Source of the DNA: a bacterium
GTDB taxonomy: Bacteria; Margulisbacteria; WOR-1; O2-12-FULL-45-9
Direction: 5' to 3'
Length of the DNA stretch: 48,886 bases
Assembly (NCBI GenBank): GCA_043816125.1
Contig: JBDRIF010000045.1
Location: forward strand, 1 to 48,886
The notes below the pieces were generated by a model. It worked only from the letters and a program-made list of their open reading frames with translations. It was not told the DNA's origin and ran no database searches. The translations under genes and the position numbers were made by a program. Below are positions 22,781-31,411 of the stretch, in pieces (the stretch's first letter is position 1; every line of letters begins with the position of its first letter).

Positions 22781-24275
22781 AGCTATATCTCAACAGCTCG
22801 GCATCTGACTCATCAATTTCGATCATCGTGTATGGAAAGAAGACATTTGTATCCGTTTCCCTAATATTTAAATCGTCAAGACGTACTTCTAAGTGTACAT
22901 CAGCCGGAATTACTTTCAATTCCCGTCCCTTGTTGCCGGCCATCGGCTGAGCCCAGTTTTCGATAATCCGACTGATAATTTCACGTTTGCCGGAAAATTC
23001 TTCGCCGAACTCGGTTAGGATCGCCAGCAAAGGTTTTCCCAATCTTGCTTCCTTCAATAGATTGATACTACCGAGCATCCCCAGATGCTGACTTAAATAT
23101 TTCCCCTCTTCCTTTTCGACCGAGCCGATATTTAAAAGAAGGACCTGGACATCTTTATAAACACGACCGATCCCCGGTTCATATCTGGTGTCGCCGGTGA
23201 TACCGATATTTATCTTGCCGCCGTTTTTGGGGTCGGGGAGGTCGGTATGCAAGATCACTCCGACCGATGATTCCTGATTGGTCCACCGCTCGGTATGAAA
23301 AGCCGGGTTAACCGATAAAGAGAAACCGTGTTTTTCTTTTAATGAGACCCCTTCAACTTCTGTGATCTCGGCGCCGGGGACAAGGAGTTTAAAGTTGATT
23401 TCTCTATTGCCAAAGAGATCGGTGGCTGATAGTAAGCCGTGAAATTTTAATAAAACTCCGGCCGAGCCGAAAATATCGATAACTTTTGATTTCTTCTGTT
23501 CGTTATGGTCGTTATATTTTGCGAGCAAGGAAAGAATTCCCTCAACCGATTCGGTATGATCATCATGGTCGTGGGTGATGATTATTGCGTCGATATCGGC
23601 GATCCCTAAACCGAGGTCGCGGAAGATGGTGAAGAAATCATAACCTGGATCTACAGCGATCCCCTTGGTCTGTCCCTTGCGATTTTGCAGGGTTAAAAAA
23701 TAACCGCCACCTTGAGAAATGCCTTGCGAAAAGAGTGGGGTGGCCGAATTCCATTTATGGATAGTTCTTAAGACATTTGGTCCCATGATTCTTTCCAGAT
23801 TGCGGGGATGATTTAAGTCTTTTATCAATTTGGTTTGGTTTTTACGGATCATCTCTCTGGTCGGAAAGATCGTCTCTTCCATATAGGCAATGCCGCGGGC
23901 GGCCGGACCGTTGACCCGGCGGTTATGCGCGTCATACTGTCGTGAAACCTGAAAATCTTTATAGGCATCCTGAAACCGTCCCTGAAGAAAATGGGTGATC
24001 CCTCTTAAATATGCCGGCAAGCCGATATCACCACGGTCTTTTTGCGCTTTCTGAAAAAATTCATCATATATTGTTTCCGCTTCCTGATAGAGATTGCTGT
24101 CGATGCAGGCGTAGCCGAGAATGTTCCATGGTTCGGGATTATCGCTGGGAAGTTTGTGTAAGGTCTTAATTAGTTCTTTTAAGTTGAGACGAAACCACTC
24201 TTTGCGGCTCTTGTGGCTCAGCCGGGTTAAATTTAGCCAGGTATTAGGTCTCTGTGGATCGATAAACTCTTGCAT
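22770..24275 (-). CDS. TPR-like N-terminal domain fused to an MBL-fold metallo-hydrolase
   Basis: 501 aa; HxHxDH motif in IIITHDHDDHTESV, later GDTRY and LTEFGEE. The N-terminal ~130 aa are helical-repeat-like. Its start abuts the stop of the upstream OMP gene with zero gap. Confidence 0.7.
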   Translation of the reverse strand: MQEFIDPQRPNTWLNLTRLSHKSRKEWFRLNLKELIKTLHKLPSDNPEPWNILGYACIDSNLYQEAETIYDEFFQKAQKDRGDIGLPAYLRGITHFLQGRFQDAYKDFQVSRQYDAHNRRVNGPAARGIAYMEETIFPTREMIRKNQTKLIKDLNHPRNLERIMGPNVLRTIHKWNSATPLFSQGISQGGGYFLTLQNRKGQTKGIAVDPGYDFFTIFRDLGLGIADIDAIIITHDHDDHTESVEGILSLLAKYNDHNEQKKSKVIDIFGSAGVLLKFHGLLSATDLFGNREINFKLLVPGAEITEVEGVSLKEKHGFSLSVNPAFHTERWTNQESSVGVILHTDLPDPKNGGKINIGITGDTRYEPGIGRVYKDVQVLLLNIGSVEKEEGKYLSQHLGMLGSINLLKEARLGKPLLAILTEFGEEFSGKREIISRIIENWAQPMAGNKGRELKVIPADVHLEVRLDDLNIRETDTNVFFPYTMIEIDESDAELLRYSFNG

Positions 24276-25529
24276 TTATAATTTCCAGGAGAGACTGATC
24301 AAATGGGTCCGATTATATGTTCCGCCGAGTAGGGCATAATCGATAATCGTATTACCGACGCCGACACTCATGCCGGCAGTTTTGCTGTTGTCCGATAATC
24401 CGGCGCGTACTGCCAAGCCGTAGGCCGGCATAAATTCGACCCCGTAATGCATCGTCGCCTCTTCTCCATTTTGCGCAAAAGCATTGTGAATGTCGGCGGC
24501 AATTAGCAATTGGCGAAAAGGTCTGATGCCGACCCCTGTATTCACGTTCATCTGGTATCTGGTGACTGCTCCGTTAGTCCAGGTAATATCTGTGGTGAGT
24601 AATTCTTTGGCGCAGATACCAAACATTAATTTGTCGGAAATTCTTATCAGCCCTCCGACATCGAGTCCACCGCCCAGACCTTTAACATCGGTGCTAACCA
24701 CTGTCAGATCATAGATATTTAAATTTGCACCCAAGGCGACAGTTTCTGCATAGCCGGAAGCGACGGAAAAAGAATACCAGTTTGTATTTTGGTCGATCGC
24801 TGCAGACGAGTTTTTATCCATCATCACGGTGATTCCACCGCCAAACTGGGCTTTGCCGGCCGGAGTTAATTCTTTTTCGCTATAATCATATCTGTTGTCC
24901 CAATAATTTGGCCGATAGTAATTTGGTCGATACCAATATGGGGCATAATAATAATGTCTCGACTGGAGGGCAACTTCTTTAAGTGCAGCGTCGGCCAATT
25001 TCCCTGTTACTTTGATTGCAGCTTTGCCAACTTCTTTTGCTGCTTTTTTGATCAAGGCTTTTTTGGATACAGAATCTCTTTTGGGCTCTTGGCCGGCAGC
25101 TTCCTGCTTTTCATCTTCTTCTTTAACACTTTCAGCCATTGATTCGTCTTTGGCCGTCGTTTCGCCTTCTCGTCCCCAACCTTTTTTGACCACCCCTTCA
25201 TCATGGAGATACTTTGCCGTCTCATAAGCAAAGTAGGTGGCCGCGCCGACCCCTAATACCCATTCAAACGGATTGATTCCCAATTCAAAGCACGCTTTGA
25301 GGGCAAAAGTATTGTCGCCGACAGCTTGATTGCGGTTGTTGATTTGATATGATCCGACCATATCTATACCCGGATTAAGGGCAAAGCCGGCCGGGTTATA
25401 ATAGGCTGCATATGTATCGTCGGCAATTGCGGTAAAGGCTTCTCCCATCGCCATCGCCCGAGGGGCGTATATTGCCAGGGCAGGTGAGGAAATTGTTAAA
25501 CAAAGTAACAAAGCTAATATTTTAATCAT
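24276..25529 (-). CDS. outer-membrane beta-barrel protein (PorV/UPF0164-like N-terminal motif) with a charged and aromatic-rich insert
   Basis: ORF 24276..25574. Preferred start is ATG 25529 (MIKILALLLCLTISSPALA signal peptide) with GGGGGG SD. MGEAFTAIADDTYAAYYNPAGFA motif. Lys/Glu-rich stretch plus YYYAPYWYRPNYYRPNYWDNRYDY. Alternating beta-strand pattern to the C-terminus. Confidence 0.6.
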   Translation of the reverse strand: MIKILALLLCLTISSPALAIYAPRAMAMGEAFTAIADDTYAAYYNPAGFALNPGIDMVGSYQINNRNQAVGDNTFALKACFELGINPFEWVLGVGAATYFAYETAKYLHDEGVVKKGWGREGETTAKDESMAESVKEEDEKQEAAGQEPKRDSVSKKALIKKAAKEVGKAAIKVTGKLADAALKEVALQSRHYYYAPYWYRPNYYRPNYWDNRYDYSEKELTPAGKAQFGGGITVMMDKNSSAAIDQNTNWYSFSVASGYAETVALGANLNIYDLTVVSTDVKGLGGGLDVGGLIRISDKLMFGICAKELLTTDITWTNGAVTRYQMNVNTGVGIRPFRQLLIAADIHNAFAQNGEEATMHYGVEFMPAYGLAVRAGLSDNSKTAGMSVGVGNTIIDYALLGGTYNRTHLISLSWKL

Positions 25530-25550
25530 AAATACCCCCCATTGGTTTTC

Positions 25551-25559
25551 ATTGTAACA
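25551..25559 (-). promoter_or_regulatory. extended -10 box TGTTACAAT for the OMP/MBL operon (leader ~21 nt, with SD)
   Basis: Reverse complement of 25551..25559 is TGTTACAAT. Confidence 0.45.
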
Positions 25560-25567
25560 AACCATTC

Positions 25568-25596
25568 TTGTCATGGCAACACGAGAGTGTTACAAT
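25568..25596 (+). promoter_or_regulatory. sigma70-type promoter TTGTCA-N17-TACAAT (TG-extended) for the Yip1-like gene
   Basis: TTGTCA 25568..25573, 17-nt spacer ending in TGT, TACAAT 25591..25596. GAGGTGG SD precedes ATG 25615. Confidence 0.5.
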
Positions 25597-25614
25597 CATC
25601 TCGAGGTGGAAAAT

Positions 25615-26217
25615 ATGTCAATCTTATCCAGAGCCCGCGAGTTAATAATAAATCCCCGAGTTACTTGGCAGATCATCCGAGATGAAGAGACAACCGTCAA
25701 AGAGCTTTTTATCAATTATGCCGCACCGTTAGCTTTGATCCCTGCTTTAGCCAGCATGATCAGCATGACCCTGATCGGCTTACGCTTACCGGCGGAGAAA
25801 GTAATTCGGGTTTCGTTTTTTGATTCGTTACTGGCCAATGGGGGGCAATATCTATTTACGCTGACGGCTGTTTACGCAGCTTCTTGGATCATTACAAAAC
25901 TTGCTCCGGTATTTAAGTCGAAGGTTGATAGGACGATGGCCGCTAAACTTTGTATCTATTCTATGACACCGTCCTGGTTGGTCGGAATATTTACTTTGGT
26001 CCCCGGACTTGGTCTGCTAACAATTTTAGGCTCGTACGGTATTTATCTTTTCTTCTTGGGTTTGCCGGTCTTGTTGGAAACACCTGATAATAAGGTTTTA
26101 TTATATTCAATCGCTTCTCTGGTCTTGGCTTTTTTGGTCAGCCTGGTCCTCTCAATGATCTTAGTCTCAACTGTCTACGCGCCGATCTATCTGAAGCTTT
26201 TGGCTGTTAGTAAATAA
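25615..26217 (+). CDS. Yip1-domain integral membrane protein
   Basis: ORF 25573..26217. Preferred start is ATG 25615 ([25 protein letters not shown]), which is typical of the Yip1/DUF1282 N-terminus, followed by ~5 TM segments. Confidence 0.6.
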   Translation: MSILSRARELIINPRVTWQIIRDEETTVKELFINYAAPLALIPALASMISMTLIGLRLPAEKVIRVSFFDSLLANGGQYLFTLTAVYAASWIITKLAPVFKSKVDRTMAAKLCIYSMTPSWLVGIFTLVPGLGLLTILGSYGIYLFFLGLPVLLETPDNKVLLYSIASLVLAFLVSLVLSMILVSTVYAPIYLKLLAVSK

Positions 26218-27082
26218 CTTTATTTAGCGGATATTCTACAATGCCGCGGGCGCCCGATTTTTTGAGTTTGGGAATAAGCTCCCGCACAATATTTTCATCC
26301 ACTACCGTGTCTAAGTCGACCCAAGCAGAATCGGAAAGTTCCGATACTGTGGGAGTTTGCAAGGCAGGGAGGATTTTTAGGATTGCTCGCAGGCGGGTTT
26401 TGATTACATTCATCTTTAATCCAACCTTAGTTTCGGCTTGTAATGCCCCTTGAAGTAATAGTACCAGGTTGTTCAATTTCTCTTTTTTCCACGGGTCGGC
26501 CATGGTCGGAGCGTTGGCGATTACAACTGTGTTCGATTCCAATACTGTGTCGATGATCTTAAGTCTGTTGGCGCGAAGGGAAGAGCCGGTTTCGGTCAAT
26601 TCGACGATAGCATCGGCTAATTCCGGCGGTTTGGCTTCGGTTGCCCCCCAGGAAAATTCGACGATAGCTTCAACCTTGTTGGCCTTAAGATATTTTTTTG
26701 TTGTGTTGACGAGTTCGGTGGCGATCCTTTTTCCTTTAAGATCTTTGACTGATTTGATCTTTGAGTTCTCAGGCGCGGCCAAAACCCAGCGGACTTTTCT
26801 TAATCCTTGTTTGGCATAAACCAGGTCGGCGATTGTTCTGACTTTACAACCCGAGTCGGCAACCCAGTCGCTCCCCGACAAGCCACAGTCGAGAACGCCG
26901 CTTTCGACATAGCGGGCCATTTCCTGTGCTCTGATCAGCATTACTTCTAATTCCGGATCGTCAACTGACGGGTAATATGAGCGGGAATTGGCTTTTATTG
27001 ACCACCCTGCTTTTTTAAATAGTTCAAAAGTTGATTCCTGCAGTGATCCTTTTGGCAACCCGAGTTTTAGTTTTTTTGACAT
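26207..27082 (-). CDS. hisG: ATP phosphoribosyltransferase (long form)
   Basis: 291 aa; [53 protein letters not shown]-terminal regulatory domain. Confidence 0.9.
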   Translation of the reverse strand: MSKKLKLGLPKGSLQESTFELFKKAGWSIKANSRSYYPSVDDPELEVMLIRAQEMARYVESGVLDCGLSGSDWVADSGCKVRTIADLVYAKQGLRKVRWVLAAPENSKIKSVKDLKGKRIATELVNTTKKYLKANKVEAIVEFSWGATEAKPPELADAIVELTETGSSLRANRLKIIDTVLESNTVVIANAPTMADPWKKEKLNNLVLLLQGALQAETKVGLKMNVIKTRLRAILKILPALQTPTVSELSDSAWVDLDTVVDENIVRELIPKLKKSGARGIVEYPLNKVIY

Positions 27083-27108
27083 GTTTTCCCCCTCGACTAA
27101 TTTTGCCT

Positions 27109-27117
27109 ATTGTAGCA
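27109..27117 (-). promoter_or_regulatory. extended -10 box TGCTACAAT upstream of hisG (leader ~26 nt, with GAGGGGG SD)
   Basis: Reverse complement of 27109..27117 is TGCTACAAT. Confidence 0.45.
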
Positions 27118-27249
27118 CCGAAAATATCTCGACTGCAAGGTGAAATTTCTAGGCCCCGAATGACGCGAACGTCATAATTGAACGGTGGACGGCCAGAAGC
27201 AGACCACTAAGTATTATGAAACAGGAGGGGTGAGCCGATTTCCGCCCAG

Positions 27250-27999
27250 TTGTTATTGCATTTATTAGTCCGGTCCGCGGGTGTAACTCGCATTGTCACC
27301 TATGATCCCCATTCTCCTACCATCGGCGGATTTGTTAAGGAGCCGGTTGAAATGTTAACTGCTTTTCCAGTCTTAGTTGAAGAGATCAGGAAAGATATTC
27401 TGCCTGAATCGTTTGTGGCCGGTTGCGCTGATGCCGGTGGAGCAAAACAGGCCAGCCATTTGGCAGAGGTTGTTACCGGCAATGATGTTTACGCTCAACC
27501 TCATAAACATCGGCCAAAACAAAGTGAAGCCGAAATAAAAACGGTTAGTGGTGCGGATGTGACAGGGAAGGATGTGGCCGTGATTGAAGATATTATTGAT
27601 ACAGGCGGAACTCTGATTGCTGTGGCTAAGACCTATATGGAGATGGGGGCGAAGAGTGTTTCTGTTTATGCTACACACGGGGTGTTTTCGGAAAAAGAGA
27701 TAAATGCTGATGAGGTGGAACGGATTAGAGCATATCTTAGTCGTCACGACAAAAATCCTGATGGCTATCTGAAAGTTGATAAGCGCAGCAATAGAGTTAT
27801 GGCCAGCGGTTTGATCAGACTTCAGGCAGATGAAAACATTAGCCGTATCGTTGTTACCGATTCACTTCCGGTAGATCCCATGCTTATCATCGATTCGAAC
27901 AAGGTTAGAATAATCCCATTGGCAGATATGATTGCTGATGATGTGCGCAAAATTATTAATAATGAGCAGCTACCTAATGAAAGATATGTGGCGGGTTAA
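27250..27999 (+). CDS. ribose-phosphate pyrophosphokinase-like protein lacking the N-terminal domain (truncated gene or pseudogene remnant)
   Basis: 249 aa from a TTG. The reading frame is open from 27220 and reads NRRGEPISAQLLLHLLVRSAGVTRIVTYDPHSPTIGGF, which matches Prs only from about residue 100 (REPITAKL..LL..AG..RV...DLH..QIQGFF). PRPP loop EDIIDTGGTL is present. Only ~135 nt separate it from the hisG start, so the Pribosyltran_N domain cannot be encoded here. Confidence 0.55.
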   Translation: MLLHLLVRSAGVTRIVTYDPHSPTIGGFVKEPVEMLTAFPVLVEEIRKDILPESFVAGCADAGGAKQASHLAEVVTGNDVYAQPHKHRPKQSEAEIKTVSGADVTGKDVAVIEDIIDTGGTLIAVAKTYMEMGAKSVSVYATHGVFSEKEINADEVERIRAYLSRHDKNPDGYLKVDKRSNRVMASGLIRLQADENISRIVVTDSLPVDPMLIIDSNKVRIIPLADMIADDVRKIINNEQLPNERYVAG

Positions 28000-28340
28000 T
28001 TCTTGATCTGATTTTTGCTGTCGACGTAAACTTTTTTCGCCTTAAAACTCTTGGCTTCTTCTGGGGTTAATTGAGCGTAAGATAGCAAAATTACTCTTTC
28101 ACCTTTAGTGCCTAGCTTAGCGGCTGGTCCTTTAAGAGAGATTTCTCCCTTTTTCCCTTCAATTACATAAGTCTCAAAACGATTGCCGCTTTCATATGTT
28201 AAGACTTGCACTTTTTCACCGGGGATCAAGCCGGCGGCTTTGATCAGGGCAGGGCAAACGGCGATGCTCCCTTCATATTCAAACTCGGTTGAAGTGAGTG
28301 TCGCCATGTGAATTTTTGATTTAAGAACGGTAATTAACAA
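27996..28340 (-). CDS. panD: aspartate 1-decarboxylase
   Basis: 114 aa; MLITVLKSKIHMATLTSTEFEYEGSIAV with the G-S self-processing site, and NGAAA-equivalent LKGPAAKLG. Confidence 0.88.
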   Translation of the reverse strand: MLITVLKSKIHMATLTSTEFEYEGSIAVCPALIKAAGLIPGEKVQVLTYESGNRFETYVIEGKKGEISLKGPAAKLGTKGERVILLSYAQLTPEEAKSFKAKKVYVDSKNQIKN

Positions 28341-28349
28341 ATTATTACC

Positions 28350-28676
28350 TCAAACATGTGCCGGTTGCTTCATGTGTTCATCAAGCTTGTGCTCAATTCT
28401 GTTAACATCATGCCTTGTGTCTTGAAGTAAATCATATAATGCCGCAGCATTGGTATCATGCTTTTTGTCAATCTTATCCAGCTTTTTATCAAGTCTATCG
28501 AATTTCCGTTCAAGGCCATCGAATTTCCCTTCCAGGCCATCGAATTTTCCTTCAAGGCCATCGATTCTTCTGGAATTCCCTCTAACTTCGTCCAGTATCT
28601 CCTTTTGGCCGTCAACAATCAGCTTTTCTATTCTTTCCAGATTTTTTTGCATAATAGCATTATCCATCCCCATCAC
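28350..28676 (-). CDS. small coiled-coil protein with tandem heptad repeats
   Basis: 108 aa from GTG 28676. The ATG at 28667 (MDNAIMQKN) is better placed behind GGGGGTG. Core IDGLEGKFDGLEGKFDGLERKFDRLDKKLDKIDKK. Confidence 0.6.
   Translation of the reverse strand: MMGMDNAIMQKNLERIEKLIVDGQKEILDEVRGNSRRIDGLEGKFDGLEGKFDGLERKFDRLDKKLDKIDKKHDTNAAALYDLLQDTRHDVNRIEHKLDEHMKQPAHV
28497..28559. repeat. three tandem 21-bp repeats inside the coiled-coil CDS
   Basis: atcgaatttccgttcaaggcc / atcgaatttcccttccaggcc / atcgaattttccttcaaggcc, each encoding one heptad (DGLEGKF-type), with degenerate copies flanking. Confidence 0.8.
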
Positions 28677-28731
28677 CCCCTCTGTCTAGCCCCGAGCTCT
28701 GTCGAGGGGCTGTCCCTTGTCCACTTAAATA

Positions 28732-28740
28732 ATTATATCA
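28732..28740 (-). promoter_or_regulatory. extended -10 box TGATATAAT upstream of the coiled-coil gene (long ~50-nt leader with a hairpin at 28688..28711)
   Basis: Reverse complement of 28732..28740 is TGATATAAT, 12 nt after the stop of the upstream lipoprotein gene. The leader contains agcccc-N12-ggggct. Confidence 0.45.
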
Positions 28741-28752
28741 CAGAAATTGCGG

Positions 28753-30102
28753 CTAATATAAATCAAACTTGACGACAACTCTGGACGTGAATTCATAGCC
28801 TGCCTGGATATGATGGATGTCTGCCCGATCAATGTCCAGGCCGCTAACCGTCAAATCTGCCGGTGTTGCTGTCAGGTAATAAAATGCTTTTCCCGTTGCA
28901 GTATCTCCTTCTCGATGCAGACTGCTGCCGCTTGAGAAGAAAGAGATAAATGGTTTTTGTGACTCGGATGATGGGAAATTAATTGCGGCAAGAACTTCGG
29001 CTGCGGAAGCCTCGGCAGTCGCACCATTGACAAGCTTTTGCCATTTGTATTGGACGGTTTCAATTTTACCTGTCGATTCGTTGCTGACCAGATGGAAGAC
29101 AGGGTAAATAATGTTGTTATCTGCTCCCATTCTCATCACTTCAGAAGCTTTGAAGTTGTTTATTGTATAAGTTGTCGATTCGATTACTACTGAATATGTC
29201 CCATCAGGGGCTATTTCCGGTGTGGAGACAGTAGGGAAAAAGAGGGTAAAGCCACTTCCGCTTATGGCGTCAGTTGTGGTTGTTTGAGTCGTTGTTCCGC
29301 CTAAGGCTGAGGGAGGGGTTAGTGTTGCCGTGGTTCCGGTATCTCTGACATCCCCACTCCCCAGAGCGGTAAAGTATATCTGGAGAAAACTAGGGATAGG
29401 GGTATAATCGGAATTATATCCACTGATCATGGCGTCAACTTCTCCGGTCGGAGGGGCGTCATTATCAAACATGCCGATGTAAGTTTGAAACATATAATTT
29501 TTGTCTTCGGTAAAATCAAAAACTCCGTTTCCATCAATGTCAATATTTGTTAATGAGGCTAAGGAATTATCAAGCTCTCCATACAAAGTGGCGACACTGG
29601 TATCCATATCCATTTCGGTAATTAGACTGGTGATATCTATTGCAGGGGTCGCTTCAAGGCTGGCAGTGTCTATTTCAATTGTGCCCAGGGCAGTGGCGGA
29701 GTCTGCCGGGGCGATAATGGGGAGAGAGTCCCAATCATAATCAGAGTTTTGTAAATATCCAAGAAGTGTTATCGTTGTTCCTGTTTTGTTATAAAAGCCT
29801 AAAACATATGGTTGTCCAGATGTAACCGTTAGCACAAAACTCCCGTCAGCTTCTGGAGTGACCAGGGTCTTTTCATTGTCTGCTCCGATCGCAACAATGT
29901 CAGTAACTGTATCTGTTGCCGAAGCCATTATGCCGCTGGTTGTTATCGTACCGACTGAGCCTGAAACAGAGTAATTGCCTGAAGTTGTTGTCCCGCTATT
30001 CGTTCCTGTTAATGAACCGCAACCGATCATCATCATCCCCATACCAAAACCTAGCGCGATCAAACCGACCCCAACAGCCAACATTAAATTTTCTTTTTTC
30101 AT
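28753..30102 (-). CDS. surface lipoprotein, Thr/Ser-rich N-terminal linker (architecture resembles 11789..13381)
   Basis: ORF 28753..30111 starts at GTG. Preferred start is ATG 30102 (MKKENLMLAVGVGLIALGFGMGMMMIGCGS lipobox) behind GAGGTG. ADGSFVLTVTSGQPYVLGF CarboxypepD_reg-like strand pattern. Confidence 0.6.
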   Translation of the reverse strand: MKKENLMLAVGVGLIALGFGMGMMMIGCGSLTGTNSGTTTSGNYSVSGSVGTITTSGIMASATDTVTDIVAIGADNEKTLVTPEADGSFVLTVTSGQPYVLGFYNKTGTTITLLGYLQNSDYDWDSLPIIAPADSATALGTIEIDTASLEATPAIDITSLITEMDMDTSVATLYGELDNSLASLTNIDIDGNGVFDFTEDKNYMFQTYIGMFDNDAPPTGEVDAMISGYNSDYTPIPSFLQIYFTALGSGDVRDTGTTATLTPPSALGGTTTQTTTTDAISGSGFTLFFPTVSTPEIAPDGTYSVVIESTTYTINNFKASEVMRMGADNNIIYPVFHLVSNESTGKIETVQYKWQKLVNGATAEASAAEVLAAINFPSSESQKPFISFFSSGSSLHREGDTATGKAFYYLTATPADLTVSGLDIDRADIHHIQAGYEFTSRVVVKFDLY

Positions 30103-30174
30103 GTTTAACACCTCAATAGAATAATACTCCAGTGAATTTCTAAGTCAAGTGAAATTAATTCAAATTGTATTGGA

Positions 30175-30180
30175 TATATT
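30175..30180 (+). promoter_or_regulatory. -10-like box TATATT, 6 nt upstream of ATG 30187
   Basis: tatatt at 30175..30180, spacer cttgtc, then ATG. No SD. Confidence 0.35.
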
Positions 30181-30186
30181 CTTGTC

Positions 30187-31392
30187 ATGACAAAGATCGG
30201 CGGATATAAACCTCCGGGTGTCGGTTGGACTCCTAGCGGGGTAACTCATGGGAAAAAGCCGGGGCAAAAACCTCCAGCCAAACCGAAAGTCCCACCGCAA
30301 AGGGCGACGACGATTGATGTCGGTTTGCCTGTTACACATATCAGTGCAATGTCTGGCGGCGTGATTGCTGCTGTTCATTCTCCCGAAAGATTTTTGCGCG
30401 CATATGATGCGGCAGGCCAAATGCTGTGGGGAGAGGGAATTAGGCTTTATTCGAGGAGCCAACCGGAAAGAGTCCAGCAAATTCTCCAGGCCGGTGATTA
30501 TACCTGGGTTACTTCCCGTGATATTCATGACGGTGATTGTGTGATGAGGATCATCGAAAATAGAGCCGGCCATCTTGTTTATGAAGACTTGTTTGTAGCC
30601 GAAGAGCTGGCGCCGCATTTTACCTTGATCCCCCGACAGGGGCGGGTTTTAAAACTGGGGATCGACAGTCGAGTGACTCTTCACGATTATCAAGGAAACA
30701 AGATTGCGGAAATCCTGGAGCCCAATCTTGACGGCCCGCTAGGGGCTTTATCGAACGGAGGGGATAAGTTCTTTTTTTCTTTTGAGACAAGAGGCGGGTC
30801 CCGTTATGTGATCGGGTATGATAGCTATGGCGGGCAAGTTACCGCCGCGGTTAGGTTTGATGACAAATTTGGCAAACCGTGCCAATCCCTTGTTGACGAG
30901 CAGAATAACCAACTGTTTGTTGCTACCGATAATGGATATTTGTTTGTAATTGATATTACTTCCAGTGAATGTCGAGAGATCTCTTATCCGTATGCCCGAA
31001 ATGGGGCTTTGGCAATTACGTTGATAGATGGTCAGCTCTATGCTGTTATTGAAAATGATTATCATGCCAAGTTAGTGGCTTATAATGCTAAAACTCATCA
31101 GGAAGCCTGGCGTTTCCCCAGTATGGGAACGATCGAAGGGTATTCTTTACCTCTTGGTTATTACTATGATGGTCAGCGAAATTTAATTATTACCTGTCGT
31201 GATGGCCTGATGCATGGTTTAAACCCTGTCGATGGACTAATCCTGGGTTTTGGTAATGAGAAAATCGCAGCCTATACTTCATTCCGACCAGTTCAGATTG
31301 CGGGAGATCTTTTTGCGGTCGAAGTCAACGCGCCGGGGAAGAGGCTGGATGAAAAACCGTCGCAGACATTAGCCGTTTACAAGTGGGGATAG
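30187..31392 (+). CDS. PQQ/BamB-like beta-propeller repeat protein with Pro/Lys-rich N-terminus
   Basis: 401 aa; repeated motifs such as AYDAAGQMLWGEG, LFVATDNGYLFVIDITS, LVAYNAKTHQEAWRF and CRDGLMHGLNPVDG resemble PQQ-like propeller blades. No obvious signal peptide. Confidence 0.5.
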   Translation: MTKIGGYKPPGVGWTPSGVTHGKKPGQKPPAKPKVPPQRATTIDVGLPVTHISAMSGGVIAAVHSPERFLRAYDAAGQMLWGEGIRLYSRSQPERVQQILQAGDYTWVTSRDIHDGDCVMRIIENRAGHLVYEDLFVAEELAPHFTLIPRQGRVLKLGIDSRVTLHDYQGNKIAEILEPNLDGPLGALSNGGDKFFFSFETRGGSRYVIGYDSYGGQVTAAVRFDDKFGKPCQSLVDEQNNQLFVATDNGYLFVIDITSSECREISYPYARNGALAITLIDGQLYAVIENDYHAKLVAYNAKTHQEAWRFPSMGTIEGYSLPLGYYYDGQRNLIITCRDGLMHGLNPVDGLILGFGNEKIAAYTSFRPVQIAGDLFAVEVNAPGKRLDEKPSQTLAVYKWG

Positions 31393-31399
31393 ATTCAAT

Positions 31400-31405
31400 T
31401 ATAAT
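31400..31405 (+). promoter_or_regulatory. -10 box TATAAT, 6 nt upstream of GTG 31412
   Basis: tataat at 31400..31405, spacer gtttgt, then GTG. No SD. Confidence 0.35.
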
Positions 31406-31411
31406 GTTTGT

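Noticed and set aside
27083-27249. Possible riboswitch (ykkC/PRPP-type) in the hisG/prs-like intergenic region, prompted by ctagg... and acggtggacggcc
   Set aside because: The conserved GGUCCGAGAG and ACACGGCGGGA..CCCGGGAGA cores are absent, and I could not draw a convincing conserved helix pattern. The 5-codon mini-ORF ATGAAACAGGAGGGGTGA is more likely just the SD region.
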